Shown here: in pieces, positions 36,866-46,402 of the stretch
Layout of the letters: the number at the start of each line of letters is the position of its first letter
How positions within the stretch are numbered: position 1 is the stretch's first letter
NCBI GenBank assembly: GCA_964634945.1
Contig: CAZWMG010000003.1
Coordinates: forward strand, 37,861-101,860
Direction: 5' to 3'
Length of the DNA stretch: 64,000 nucleotides
Origin: an uncultured Planctomycetia bacterium
GTDB taxonomy: Bacteria > Omnitrophota > Gorgyraeia > JABMRG01
Notes under the pieces: generated by a model
The model's input: only the letters and a program-made list of their open reading frames with translations
What the model was told of the DNA's origin: nothing
Databases searched by the model: none
Program-made: the position numbers and the translations under genes

Positions 36866-38179
36866 ATGAGTAATTCCATGGTCTTCGCGCAATATTTCAA
36901 ACATAGAATCCTCTCTCCTTTCATCTTTACCTCCACCTTTACCTTTCTCCTATTATGCGCTATAACCTCTGCCCATGCCTCTAACATCGGATCTACAAAG
37001 ATATACTATAATACCGGTAAAAAATCTCAGACATCCGGTATCGAAGAAAGAGACCTTGGGGGATATTTCAGCTACTATAAATATGGCACAAGAATCACAG
37101 CGGAACCTACAGAAGGGTTCTCTTATGGGATAAGATTAGAGGATTACCATAAGGATTTTGACACAAAACGAGACGACTTAGATAATAGAACAAATCTATA
37201 TAGCGCTTATTTTTCCATGCCTATACATAAAACAGACGAAGTCTCTGTTGCGCTTGATACCAATTATAGGCTGCGTACAAAACGCTATAAAAATTCACCT
37301 TCTGATGAGTATGACAATAACAATGTAAGCGCTGGAATCAATATAACCAAAAATAAGAATTATGCCTTAAAAGTATCCGGTGGCATTAAAGACTACGACT
37401 ATATCAAAGATCATGATTCAGATCAGCTCAAAAGCTTCTTTAAGATAGCCCCTAGAATTAAGGCCTTTAAGCAAAGACTGAGTCTTTCCGGATACTACAG
37501 AAGAGATTTAGTAGACCAGACAGACAACAAGAAAGATTATTCCGAGGATTGTGTATCCGTAAGAACCGCTTATGATATAGGCAAACCTATTCTTGATAAG
37601 GTAAGCGGTCATTTTGGATATGGCAGAAATGACACTAGAGATGACAATGAAGACAGGGAAGATAATTTAAGGTATGAGTATCAGCTATGGGATGTTGCTA
37701 TATATTCAAAGCCCTTTAAGAATATAGAGGGCAACATAAGATATGGGCAAAAACATAGAAAATACTTTACATCAATAGATGGTTATGATAACTGGTATAT
37801 AGATAAGAATACAAAAATAAGGCTTCTATCTAAAGACTCTTTTTCAGTTGATATGCTCTTAGGCGGGTTTCATAAAGAAACAAAGTTTTTTCAAAATGAG
37901 GCATTAAGTTATAATAAAAATAGTTTTAGCGCTGGTTTTAGCATGGTAAAAAGAAGCGACTTTTCAATAAAGCCGTCTTTTAAATATACGAGGTATAAGT
38001 ATCCTCCCCTTTCTACAAATAACCAAAAGACCTATGTACTGAAATTTGATACAAAGAAATACATAGGATCTACGGATAAGGCACTTGAAGCGGGCTACTG
38101 GTATGAGTGGAAGAATTATGAATATAGCGCGAACTCAAATCGCTGGAACTTAAATCTCTCTTTTATGCTAAAATTTTAG
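36866..38179 (+). CDS. Putative outer-membrane beta-barrel protein
   Basis: Signal-peptide-like FTFLLLCAITSAHA, Tyr-rich amphipathic strands, and C-terminal beta-signal-like RWNLNLSFMLKF. Confidence 0.65.
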   Translation: MSNSMVFAQYFKHRILSPFIFTSTFTFLLLCAITSAHASNIGSTKIYYNTGKKSQTSGIEERDLGGYFSYYKYGTRITAEPTEGFSYGIRLEDYHKDFDTKRDDLDNRTNLYSAYFSMPIHKTDEVSVALDTNYRLRTKRYKNSPSDEYDNNNVSAGINITKNKNYALKVSGGIKDYDYIKDHDSDQLKSFFKIAPRIKAFKQRLSLSGYYRRDLVDQTDNKKDYSEDCVSVRTAYDIGKPILDKVSGHFGYGRNDTRDDNEDREDNLRYEYQLWDVAIYSKPFKNIEGNIRYGQKHRKYFTSIDGYDNWYIDKNTKIRLLSKDSFSVDMLLGGFHKETKFFQNEALSYNKNSFSAGFSMVKRSDFSIKPSFKYTRYKYPPLSTNNQKTYVLKFDTKKYIGSTDKALEAGYWYEWKNYEYSANSNRWNLNLSFMLKF

Positions 38180-38187
38180 AAATCAGG

Positions 38188-39312
38188 TCAGCTTACCTGT
38201 ATTTTAGACCTGTGCTTAAGCAGCCTGGACTGAAATGGTATAAGCGATAAAAGCCTGTGAAAAAGCTTGGATTGCATCTCCGCGTCTTCACAGATAAAAC
38301 ACGAGGAACAGACAGGCTTATTATTTTCATGCATAAGCGCCGCGGAATAAATAACCTCCTGTACGCTTTTACTTTTCCATATCTCTGAAAGGCGCTGCTT
38401 GTTGATATTACCTAAAGGCTCTTCGCAATAGCAGCAAACATTATAGTCACCTGTACTTATTATAAATGGCATATAAAAACCCGCGTAACAAGGCAAAAGC
38501 TGCGTTCTTTTGCAATACGGTTTATCTGAACGAAAATGGTGCAGAGCGGTCTTAAGAGAGATGACGGCCCTTGGAGACATGGAGGCATCTGTTAACATCT
38601 TTTTTATGGTATCGCGGGCCCGGTGCACCTGATCCGGAGTTAGAACCTCTGGCTTGAGTTCAGGCAATACAGCCTCTGTTGGACGTATAGCAAAAAAAAC
38701 ATTCCAACGACTACTAAGCCTGAACACCTCTTCTAATTCATTAAAGTTGTTTTTCGCTAAACAGTAGTTCATCTGCAGCTTGGATGCGCCCGACGGCAGA
38801 CTGATAAAACGTTCTATGTTTCTCATTATATTGGGCAATTTACTATCAGACTTATAGCCGTGAATAATGGAGTGTAAATCGCTATTTATAGTATTAAGGC
38901 TAAGCGTAATCTTCGCTATATTAGCGAATATTTCGGGCGTAACCATATCAAGCATACTACCGTTTGTTACAAGGTTGATCCTGCATTGTTTGCACTTTTC
39001 TATCATCTCAAGCAAGCGCGGATGTAAAAACTGCTCCCCATTGCCCGCAAATACAAGCTCCTTTATCTTTAATAACTTTATATCTTCAATGAGTTTATCT
39101 ATCACGTCATCTGCGAGCTGATAAGTAGGGTAGCGATCTTTCTTATGGTAAGAGTGTGTATGGCAAAAATAACATTTATAATTGCATCCTGATGTCAAAC
39201 CAATCTGTATAGACAATGGCCCAATAGACTTTTTTGGGTTAAAATTGATAATTTTTATTAAGCTAAGAGCTCGTTTTATATTTTTGGAAATATCCCTTAA
39301 TGGAAATGCCAT
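38188..39312 (-). CDS. Radical SAM enzyme with SPASM/twitch domain
   Basis: GCNYKCYFC, GNGEQFLHP, VTNGSML; C-terminal CYAGF...GDYNVCC...LGNI...CSSC. Confidence 0.88.
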   Translation of the reverse strand: MAFPLRDISKNIKRALSLIKIINFNPKKSIGPLSIQIGLTSGCNYKCYFCHTHSYHKKDRYPTYQLADDVIDKLIEDIKLLKIKELVFAGNGEQFLHPRLLEMIEKCKQCRINLVTNGSMLDMVTPEIFANIAKITLSLNTINSDLHSIIHGYKSDSKLPNIMRNIERFISLPSGASKLQMNYCLAKNNFNELEEVFRLSSRWNVFFAIRPTEAVLPELKPEVLTPDQVHRARDTIKKMLTDASMSPRAVISLKTALHHFRSDKPYCKRTQLLPCYAGFYMPFIISTGDYNVCCYCEEPLGNINKQRLSEIWKSKSVQEVIYSAALMHENNKPVCSSCFICEDAEMQSKLFHRLLSLIPFQSRLLKHRSKIQVS

Positions 39313-39316
39313 ATAC

Positions 39317-40585
39317 CTATTCCCTTACTATTAGCGCTGTACCAACACCAAGCATAACCCAAAATAACGTTATAAGCCGAAGCGCGTAAAGATTAGTATC
39401 AAAAAAACTTTGTATTAGTGTAGCCAAAATGCCTGACGATATACCTAATAAAAAAATAACTCTGTTACGGCTAACTCCATTAGCACTACTTATTTTTCCG
39501 GGGATTGAACAAATGTATTTTATTATAGCATAAAAAAATCTAAATATCACTAACAGGAATATGAAAAGTCCAGCGATACCCACCTCAGCAGCCATCTGTA
39601 AATAAGAATTATGGGCATAAAAACCTTGTTTCTCTTTATTGTAGATAGATGACGCCTTTGTGTATGTATTGGGGCCTGTACCTATAATTGGGAAATCTTC
39701 AATAATCGTTACAGCTTCTCTCCATCTATAAAATCTCTCAGCAGAACCCCAAAGCCCGAGTCTCGCGCTTACTACCCGCTGTCTTACCGGCTGGTAAGAT
39801 ACAATAGAAACAGCCAACAGGATAAGTATAAAAATAAGAGACGTAATGTTAGCTGGAATTTTCTTTCTAATTTTTGTCTCATATAGGAATAATGCTACTA
39901 GAAGAAATGCCATAGAAGATAGATAGCCTATCCATGCCCCTCTGCTTAGCGTAGCGCATAACATTACAAAGCCTATTATGAATAAAATTGAATACGCGAT
40001 ATTGGCCATAGGCATGAATCGGGATTTCACGCTTTTAAATTTTACAAGAATGGCACAAAAAAATAACGGCAAAATCGCTATTAAGTAACCAGCAAAATCA
40101 TTTGATGTGGCGAAACACGCCCTAAGCCTGCCTATCTCAAATTTTCTTATAAAATCTTTTCCGGTAATCCACTGAAATAGCGCGTCCATAAAGAGCAATG
40201 CCACCGATGCTGTAATAAATTTGAGTAGCGTTTCAAGCCTGGCTTGACCCTTTTCTTTATCTGAAAAAATATTAGCGCAAACAAAAAAAAGTGCTACATA
40301 TTCAGCTAACTTAAAAAATACGCCTTCCATGCTTTCGTTTATATCACATGAAAATATCATGGATATTATATATATAGCGAACAAGGCAAAAAGCGGGATA
40401 TTTAAAGGGGTATGTGGTAAAAGACTGAGGCCTTTTTTAAAACTAATAATTTTTTTTATAGACCACGCGGAAATAGCGGTGATAGCGAATATCTCAATTC
40501 CAGCTTTTGAAAAAGGTATAATAAAGACAAGGCCATATATGGCATATTCTGCAATCTTATCTAAAACGCTTATTATTTTATTCAT
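39317..40585 (-). CDS. waaL: O-antigen ligase (WaaL/Wzy_C family)
   Basis: Polytopic; R...F...NDFAGYL, TLSRGAW, R...W, PIIGTGP, AHNSYLQMAAEVG. Confidence 0.82.
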   Translation of the reverse strand: MNKIISVLDKIAEYAIYGLVFIIPFSKAGIEIFAITAISAWSIKKIISFKKGLSLLPHTPLNIPLFALFAIYIISMIFSCDINESMEGVFFKLAEYVALFFVCANIFSDKEKGQARLETLLKFITASVALLFMDALFQWITGKDFIRKFEIGRLRACFATSNDFAGYLIAILPLFFCAILVKFKSVKSRFMPMANIAYSILFIIGFVMLCATLSRGAWIGYLSSMAFLLVALFLYETKIRKKIPANITSLIFILILLAVSIVSYQPVRQRVVSARLGLWGSAERFYRWREAVTIIEDFPIIGTGPNTYTKASSIYNKEKQGFYAHNSYLQMAAEVGIAGLFIFLLVIFRFFYAIIKYICSIPGKISSANGVSRNRVIFLLGISSGILATLIQSFFDTNLYALRLITLFWVMLGVGTALIVRE

Positions 40586-40597
40586 CTAATTTTCATA

Positions 40598-42430
40598 TCA
40601 AGCATCTCTCTTCGGATTATAGCTTGGTACCATCTCTTTTATCTTCTCAACCACTTTATTTTCAGCCATAAGAGTAGCGAAACGCTCAAGCTCCTTTATG
40701 TTCTTTCGTAATTTTTGCGAATTAAGATCATTTGGTTGGGCTATATAAATCTTATCATGCCTTGTTGCTTTATCATGTTCTGCATCAAGCAGCATCTCTT
40801 CATGCATCTTCTCTCCGGGCCTTAAACCGATAAACTTGACATCCATATCCTCCGCGGACTTGAAACCGGATAAGGTTATAAGCGCTTTTGCCAGATCATA
40901 TATCTTTAGCTGCTCACCCATATCAAGAATAAATACTTCCCCTCCCTTGCCCATGGTTCCTGCTTGCATAACAAGCTGCGCCGCTTCATTTGCCGTCATA
41001 AAGTATCTTTTCACCTCAGGATGAGTAACCGTAACCGGACCGCCTTTTTCTATTTGGCTTTTAAATATGGGGATAGCGCTGCCGCTTGACCCTATGACAT
41101 TACCAAATCTGACTGCCATAAATTTTGTCCTGGCTGTTTTTGATTTATCCTGTATCAGCATTTCCGCGATACGCTTTGATGCCCCCATTATGCTTGTCGG
41201 GTTTACGGCCTTATCAGTAGATATCATAACAAAACTTTTCACGCCGTAATGCTCAGCGGCATACATAAAGTTTCTTGTTCCTAGTATATTGTTCTTAACG
41301 CTAGCGACGGGATTTTCCTCCATCAATGGAACATGCTTATGCGCCGCTGAGTGAAAAACTATCTCCGGTTTATATTTTGAAAATGTGTGCTTAAGAAGGC
41401 CTATATCTTTTATATCACCTATAATTACCTTAAATTCGATATAAGGATACCTCTCTTTAAGCTCAAGTTCTAAAAAATAGATATCATTCTCATTATAATC
41501 AAACAAGACTATTAATTTTGGATCAAATCTCATTATCTGCCTGCACAATTCTGAACCAATTGTACCTGCCGCGCCGGTAACCAAGACTGTCTTATCTTTT
41601 ATAAAAGCGCGGACATCATCCGTGTTAATCTGCACTGTCTCTCTGCCCAGCAGATCCTCCGGCTGCACATCCCTTATCTGCTTTATCGTTACCTCGCCTG
41701 TCAGGATATTATGCAATCCGGGAATAGTCTTGATCTTTACTTCCGCATTTTTACATTTTGATATTATCTCTCTTATTGTTTTTCCACTTGCCGAAGGCAC
41801 GGCAATAATAATTTCTTCTATTCCATAGTCCTTTACAACCTCTTCTATGTTATCGGTTGTTGCCAAGACCTTCAAACCGTGTATATGTGAACCCATCTTT
41901 CGCACATCATCATCTACAAAACCTATGGGTTCATATACCCTCTTTTTCGCGTTAACCATCTCACGCGCAGCCATTTCGCCGGCTGAACCCGCTCCTATGA
42001 TAAGCACTTTAGTGAGATTCGTGTAGTAGCGCTGTTTGAGCTTAATAATAACCCTGGGCAAAAATCTGGAAGCGCTTATAAGAAAAAAACAGAGTATATA
42101 ATCTATCAATAATACAGTGCGGCCTATTGTCTGGCGTTGAGTAAAAAACGCGATACTGATAAGCAGGAAGCTTCCTATAGTGACCGCCTTAAATACATTA
42201 ATGGCTTCGCTGATACTGGAGTAGCGGAATGACCATTGATACAGGCCAAAAATAATAAAAAGGATAACCCTTACAACGCTGGCGCATATCATGAAAAACA
42301 GGCATACATTTAAATAGCCATAATTCGGATGCCAATCAAACCTTATCATAAATGCCAGAAAAAACGACGAATTAATCAATATAAGGTCGATTAGTAATAT
42401 AATAATCTTTCTAAATCTTATCAATACCAT
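40598..42430 (-). CDS. Membrane-bound UDP-GlcNAc 4,6-dehydratase (PglF/WbpM/CapD family)
   Basis: N-terminal TMs, IGAGSAG, EDLLGR, TGAAGTIGSEL, AAHKHVP, ISTDKAVNP, VRFGNV, RYFMT, GLRPGEK. Confidence 0.95.
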   Translation of the reverse strand: MVLIRFRKIIILLIDLILINSSFFLAFMIRFDWHPNYGYLNVCLFFMICASVVRVILFIIFGLYQWSFRYSSISEAINVFKAVTIGSFLLISIAFFTQRQTIGRTVLLIDYILCFFLISASRFLPRVIIKLKQRYYTNLTKVLIIGAGSAGEMAAREMVNAKKRVYEPIGFVDDDVRKMGSHIHGLKVLATTDNIEEVVKDYGIEEIIIAVPSASGKTIREIISKCKNAEVKIKTIPGLHNILTGEVTIKQIRDVQPEDLLGRETVQINTDDVRAFIKDKTVLVTGAAGTIGSELCRQIMRFDPKLIVLFDYNENDIYFLELELKERYPYIEFKVIIGDIKDIGLLKHTFSKYKPEIVFHSAAHKHVPLMEENPVASVKNNILGTRNFMYAAEHYGVKSFVMISTDKAVNPTSIMGASKRIAEMLIQDKSKTARTKFMAVRFGNVIGSSGSAIPIFKSQIEKGGPVTVTHPEVKRYFMTANEAAQLVMQAGTMGKGGEVFILDMGEQLKIYDLAKALITLSGFKSAEDMDVKFIGLRPGEKMHEEMLLDAEHDKATRHDKIYIAQPNDLNSQKLRKNIKELERFATLMAENKVVEKIKEMVPSYNPKRDA

Positions 42431-42440
42431 AACACCCCCT

Positions 42441-43442
42441 TCATGCTCTTTCTTTGAATTTTATAAATAAAGCCATGCCGCTCAACACAAGAACCGCTGA
42501 AACGATAATACCTAACTGAAATAGGCCGGAAACTTTTAAATACACACACGCCATAATAGTCAGTACAATGCTTGTTATGGAGAGAGTCATCGTAACCGCT
42601 CGATGGCTATAACCTAATGTCGTTGCCCTCTGGTAAAAATGACTCCTATGCGCTCTCATCCAATTTTCTTTATGCAAGATTCTTCTTGCTAATGTTATTA
42701 TTGTATCAAATATAAAGACGCCTAATATCAGAGCGATTGGTACAAGCAATCTGCTATCCAGTAAAGCAAAGCACGCGATATAAAATCCCAGGGCATAACT
42801 TCCTACATCACCCATAAATATTTTACCGGGAGGAAAATTTAAAATAAGAAACCCTATAGCAGCGCCCGTAAGTATTAAGCCTAAAGGTATAAGTATATTT
42901 ATTCCTAATATTACGCCAAAGGCCGCGATACCTGCCCCTGAGATCAAGGCCTGCATTCCAGCCAATCCATCTATGCCATCCATAAAATTATAAAAATTTG
43001 TAATGCTAACCACCCATAGAACAGCAAATAATATCCCAACAAGGCCCATATCAAGATTATAAGGGCCTATTCTTAAAGATGTGGAAACGCCCATAAAGTA
43101 TACCACCGCAGACGCGATTAAAGCCTGTAGGATAATCCTGACAAGAGCAGAGAGCTTAAAACGGTCGCTTAAAAGACCTAAGGATGCCATAGCCAAAAAC
43201 CCTGCTGCTATAACAATGTATCTTATCCGCACCGGGAATTGGCCCGCTAGATAATATCCGGCTAACCCTGCAAGTATTCCTAAAACGATGCCTGTTCCGG
43301 CGCCTTTAGGCATAGGCTTATCGTGAGAACTCCGGGCATTAGGCACATCCACTAAGGCAAGTTTATCTCTATTCTTAACCATCCACAAGGAGATTAAAAA
43401 TGATATTACTCCTGACAACATCATTATAGATACTTCCAACAA
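42441..43442 (-). CDS. Initiating undecaprenyl-phosphate HexNAc-1-P transferase (WbpL/WecA, MraY-like)
   Basis: DVPNARSSH, NFYNFMDGIDG, IFMGDVGS, AHRSHFYQR; TTG start with AGAGG RBS. Confidence 0.93.
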   Translation of the reverse strand: MLEVSIMMLSGVISFLISLWMVKNRDKLALVDVPNARSSHDKPMPKGAGTGIVLGILAGLAGYYLAGQFPVRIRYIVIAAGFLAMASLGLLSDRFKLSALVRIILQALIASAVVYFMGVSTSLRIGPYNLDMGLVGILFAVLWVVSITNFYNFMDGIDGLAGMQALISGAGIAAFGVILGINILIPLGLILTGAAIGFLILNFPPGKIFMGDVGSYALGFYIACFALLDSRLLVPIALILGVFIFDTIITLARRILHKENWMRAHRSHFYQRATTLGYSHRAVTMTLSITSIVLTIMACVYLKVSGLFQLGIIVSAVLVLSGMALFIKFKERA

Positions 43443-43451
43443 GCACCTCTC

Positions 43452-44279
43452 TTATCTTAAAGCCTTCAACTTCTCTAAGATGTTTTTATTTACCTCTCTT
43501 CTCTCTTTATCAAAAAACCATCCCCATTTATTAAAATATTTAATATAAGAAGAAAAAAGATGACTCAATATCTTAAGGCTCTCTTTACCGTTGTTTCTCT
43601 CTCCATGATATATAGAGACCCTTGGATAATAAATAGTTCTATAATATTTATTTATTCTTCTGGATAGATCCAAATCCTCAAAATGCAGAAAGAACCTTTC
43701 ATCAAAGAGGCCTGCCTTCTTAAAGGCCTCCGCTCGTATAAACATGAAACAACCTGAGAGATAAGGCACATCCATAATCTTATCATATCCCGTAAACCTA
43801 AGCTCGTAATTCTCAAGCCTGTCTTTGAATGCCTTGTGTAACGGCCCGAACGCGAGCCTTCTTAAAACAAAATTCAGCGGGTTAGGCAAAACTTTACACA
43901 AATACTGTAACGAATTATCAAGATTACATATCTTCGGCATCACCAGGCCGACATCCGTACTATTCTCCATAAAATTATACAAATTTTCAAGCACATTCTT
44001 CTCAAAGGCTGTATCCGGGTTCAATACAAGGTGGTAGCTTGAATCATTCATGGACCTATCTATAGCTATATTGTGAGCAGGGCCAAAACCTATATTTGCG
44101 CTATTGTGAATATAAAAGATCCTCTTGTCGTTACAGATACTTTTTAATCTATCTGACGGGGAATTGTCTATTACGTAAAGCTTGGTATCCAAATCACTGC
44201 CTAAAAAACTCTCAACAGCTTTACACAAGATATCCGGTTTACTATCATAAGCCACTATAGAGGCTGTTATATCATACAT
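43452..44279 (-). CDS. GT2 glycosyltransferase (WbbL-like)
   Basis: IDNSP, NIGFG..HN, LVLNPD, SGCFM, FDERFFLHFEDLDLSRR, YFNKWG. Confidence 0.88.
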   Translation of the reverse strand: MYDITASIVAYDSKPDILCKAVESFLGSDLDTKLYVIDNSPSDRLKSICNDKRIFYIHNSANIGFGPAHNIAIDRSMNDSSYHLVLNPDTAFEKNVLENLYNFMENSTDVGLVMPKICNLDNSLQYLCKVLPNPLNFVLRRLAFGPLHKAFKDRLENYELRFTGYDKIMDVPYLSGCFMFIRAEAFKKAGLFDERFFLHFEDLDLSRRINKYYRTIYYPRVSIYHGERNNGKESLKILSHLFSSYIKYFNKWGWFFDKERREVNKNILEKLKALR

Positions 44280-45242
44280 CTATCGCCTCATCATCCAGAA
44301 AGAGCACGGTTCCTGATGCGGCTGTGACTTTAAGATAGGACATACACTTGATATCTCAGAGAAGTAATCATGCACCAGATAATTGATTGAAGCTATAATC
44401 TTATAATCTTTATTGAAAGATAAAAAGGCCTCCAGGAGATACTGCTCATCCCATAATTTCAGCTCTTTAAATCTCCAGTCATAGAGATAGTCTCTCGGAG
44501 TAAAGATATCATGCACATGAATGAGGGCGCCGGGTTTTAAGAGGGGTAAAATTTCCAGATACTCCACTATAACATCCCCTTGCGGCCTTATTATATGGGA
44601 TGAATCAATAAACAATATATCGTTTGCGTCTAATGAGAGGAAGATATCTTTATCGATTTTCTCTACAGGCTTTTGTATCAACTCGATATCCAGTTTTTTC
44701 AACCAGGCATTTTCATAAGGTTCTACGCATATCTGCTTACAACCATATCCCGGGACCTGTCTTTTGTTTGCCTTGATGGCGTTTAACGCCATTAGCGTTG
44801 AATTGCCGCTACCTATCTCTATGATCTTCCTTGGCTTGAATGATCTTATGATATTATATAAATACTGCGCCTCACAAGGGCCAAAGCTTTGATTCTGATA
44901 ATAGAATTCCAGATCCCCTCTCTTCTCTAAAGGAAAAGCCGCTAATTCATCATTAAAGGTAAATCTCTTTAGAATTTCCAGCTGTTCACGTATGTTAAAA
45001 TCAATTCCAGGCAATACCCTTGGCTTTCTTAAGGAATGCCTAAGCTGTTTTGGATTAAAAAGCGGCTCAAAATAATGATCTCTTATCGGGAGAAGTCCTA
45101 TCACCTGAAATATCTTTCTACTGAAACGCATTCGCCTCATATTAGCGCTCCTTACAATACGAAGCCAAAGAGTGCTTAATAGAGTAAGTGGTGCCATACA
45201 TATATCTATTATCGGGATTATCTTATCTTTAAAAGAGTTCAT
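44280..45242 (-). CDS. Class I SAM-dependent methyltransferase (Methyltransf_24-like)
   Basis: IIEIGSGNST, DILFIDSSH, LKPGALIHVHDIF, WDEQYLLEAFL. Confidence 0.88.
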   Translation of the reverse strand: MNSFKDKIIPIIDICMAPLTLLSTLWLRIVRSANMRRMRFSRKIFQVIGLLPIRDHYFEPLFNPKQLRHSLRKPRVLPGIDFNIREQLEILKRFTFNDELAAFPLEKRGDLEFYYQNQSFGPCEAQYLYNIIRSFKPRKIIEIGSGNSTLMALNAIKANKRQVPGYGCKQICVEPYENAWLKKLDIELIQKPVEKIDKDIFLSLDANDILFIDSSHIIRPQGDVIVEYLEILPLLKPGALIHVHDIFTPRDYLYDWRFKELKLWDEQYLLEAFLSFNKDYKIIASINYLVHDYFSEISSVCPILKSQPHQEPCSFWMMRR

Positions 45243-45274
45243 ATTCGCACCTCATCGATTTTGCATAAAAAATA

Positions 45275-46402
45275 TTAACACCCATATCTCCTGCCCTCTC
45301 CTGATAGTAATAGATCGAAAAGCTGATCCCAGTTTGAGGCAAATGGGGGATTAATCTCTTTTAAATTTACTCGTTCAAAGACTAACGTCTTCTTTATCAT
45401 ATCATTCATAAGCTTGGATAATTGCGCCGGATTACCCGGATTAAAAAATTTCACTTTTGCGTAATCCCCTATTGTCTCACGGGCATATTCCAAATCAGGT
45501 AGAATAACGGGTTTGTTGAAATTCTTAAACTCTGTTATCGGAACACCCCAGGACTCAAGCTTTGACGCGAATATCATGCAATCCGACTCACCATATAACT
45601 CGAATATCTTTTCTCTTGGCTGTACGCCTATAAATTCTATTGCTTTTACATCTTTGTATCTGTTAAAGACATATCTCGAATATCTGTTTTCAGTACCATC
45701 CATTGTAACACAAAGCTTAAAATTATTCGCACCTTTACCCGCCAATATCTTCGCGGACTCACAGACTGTTTCAAAATTTTTAAAGACCCTTGGTAGTGAC
45801 GGATAGAAAAATCTAATCACGTTATCGCTTTTAGAGCTGGGTCTTTGAACAACAACTCCATATTCTATATTCGGATGCGCGACAACTATGTTGCTAAGTT
45901 TAAACTTACTTTTAAATACCTTTCGTAACCAGCTCTGCTGAACAATAACTATATCATTCTTTTTTATATTTATTAGATAAAGATACTTATATACAAAATG
46001 AAAAAGCACGAAGACAGGGTCCGTTTTAAGCTCCCAGAATGACAATTTATAAAATGGGGACGCGTGATGACAGTATACGGCCCGTATATCCGCTTCTACA
46101 TTCGGCGTTACATCATGTAAGGAAAGCCAAAGATGCGGCCTTAACTTCTTTGAGAGGCCCAAAAAGTAAAAATACTCATAAAAGAGCCTTTTAAACCACG
46201 ACTTCTTTGAATCAGGAAATTCATAATACTGAATATTCTTAAAATCAAATAATTCTTTTTTGTGCACCAACGCTATTACATTATACTTACCTGTCGCGTG
46301 TAGCGATAAATAGTTCAGGCATTCTTTAAGAATAGCAAAAGGCCCGGCATCTGTTATATTAATAGCCGATACTACGATGTTCTTTTTAAGATGACTGCTC
46401 AT
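45275..46402 (-). CDS. GT4-type glycosyltransferase
   Basis: FFYPSLPRVFKNFE, IFASKLESWGVPITE, DLEYARETIG. Confidence 0.85.
   Translation of the reverse strand: MSSHLKKNIVVSAINITDAGPFAILKECLNYLSLHATGKYNVIALVHKKELFDFKNIQYYEFPDSKKSWFKRLFYEYFYFLGLSKKLRPHLWLSLHDVTPNVEADIRAVYCHHASPFYKLSFWELKTDPVFVLFHFVYKYLYLINIKKNDIVIVQQSWLRKVFKSKFKLSNIVVAHPNIEYGVVVQRPSSKSDNVIRFFYPSLPRVFKNFETVCESAKILAGKGANNFKLCVTMDGTENRYSRYVFNRYKDVKAIEFIGVQPREKIFELYGESDCMIFASKLESWGVPITEFKNFNKPVILPDLEYARETIGDYAKVKFFNPGNPAQLSKLMNDMIKKTLVFERVNLKEINPPFASNWDQLFDLLLSGEGRRYGC

Noticed and set aside
34773-38187. Invertible (phase-variable) DNA segment
   Set aside because: I saw no terminal inverted repeats and no recombinase gene.
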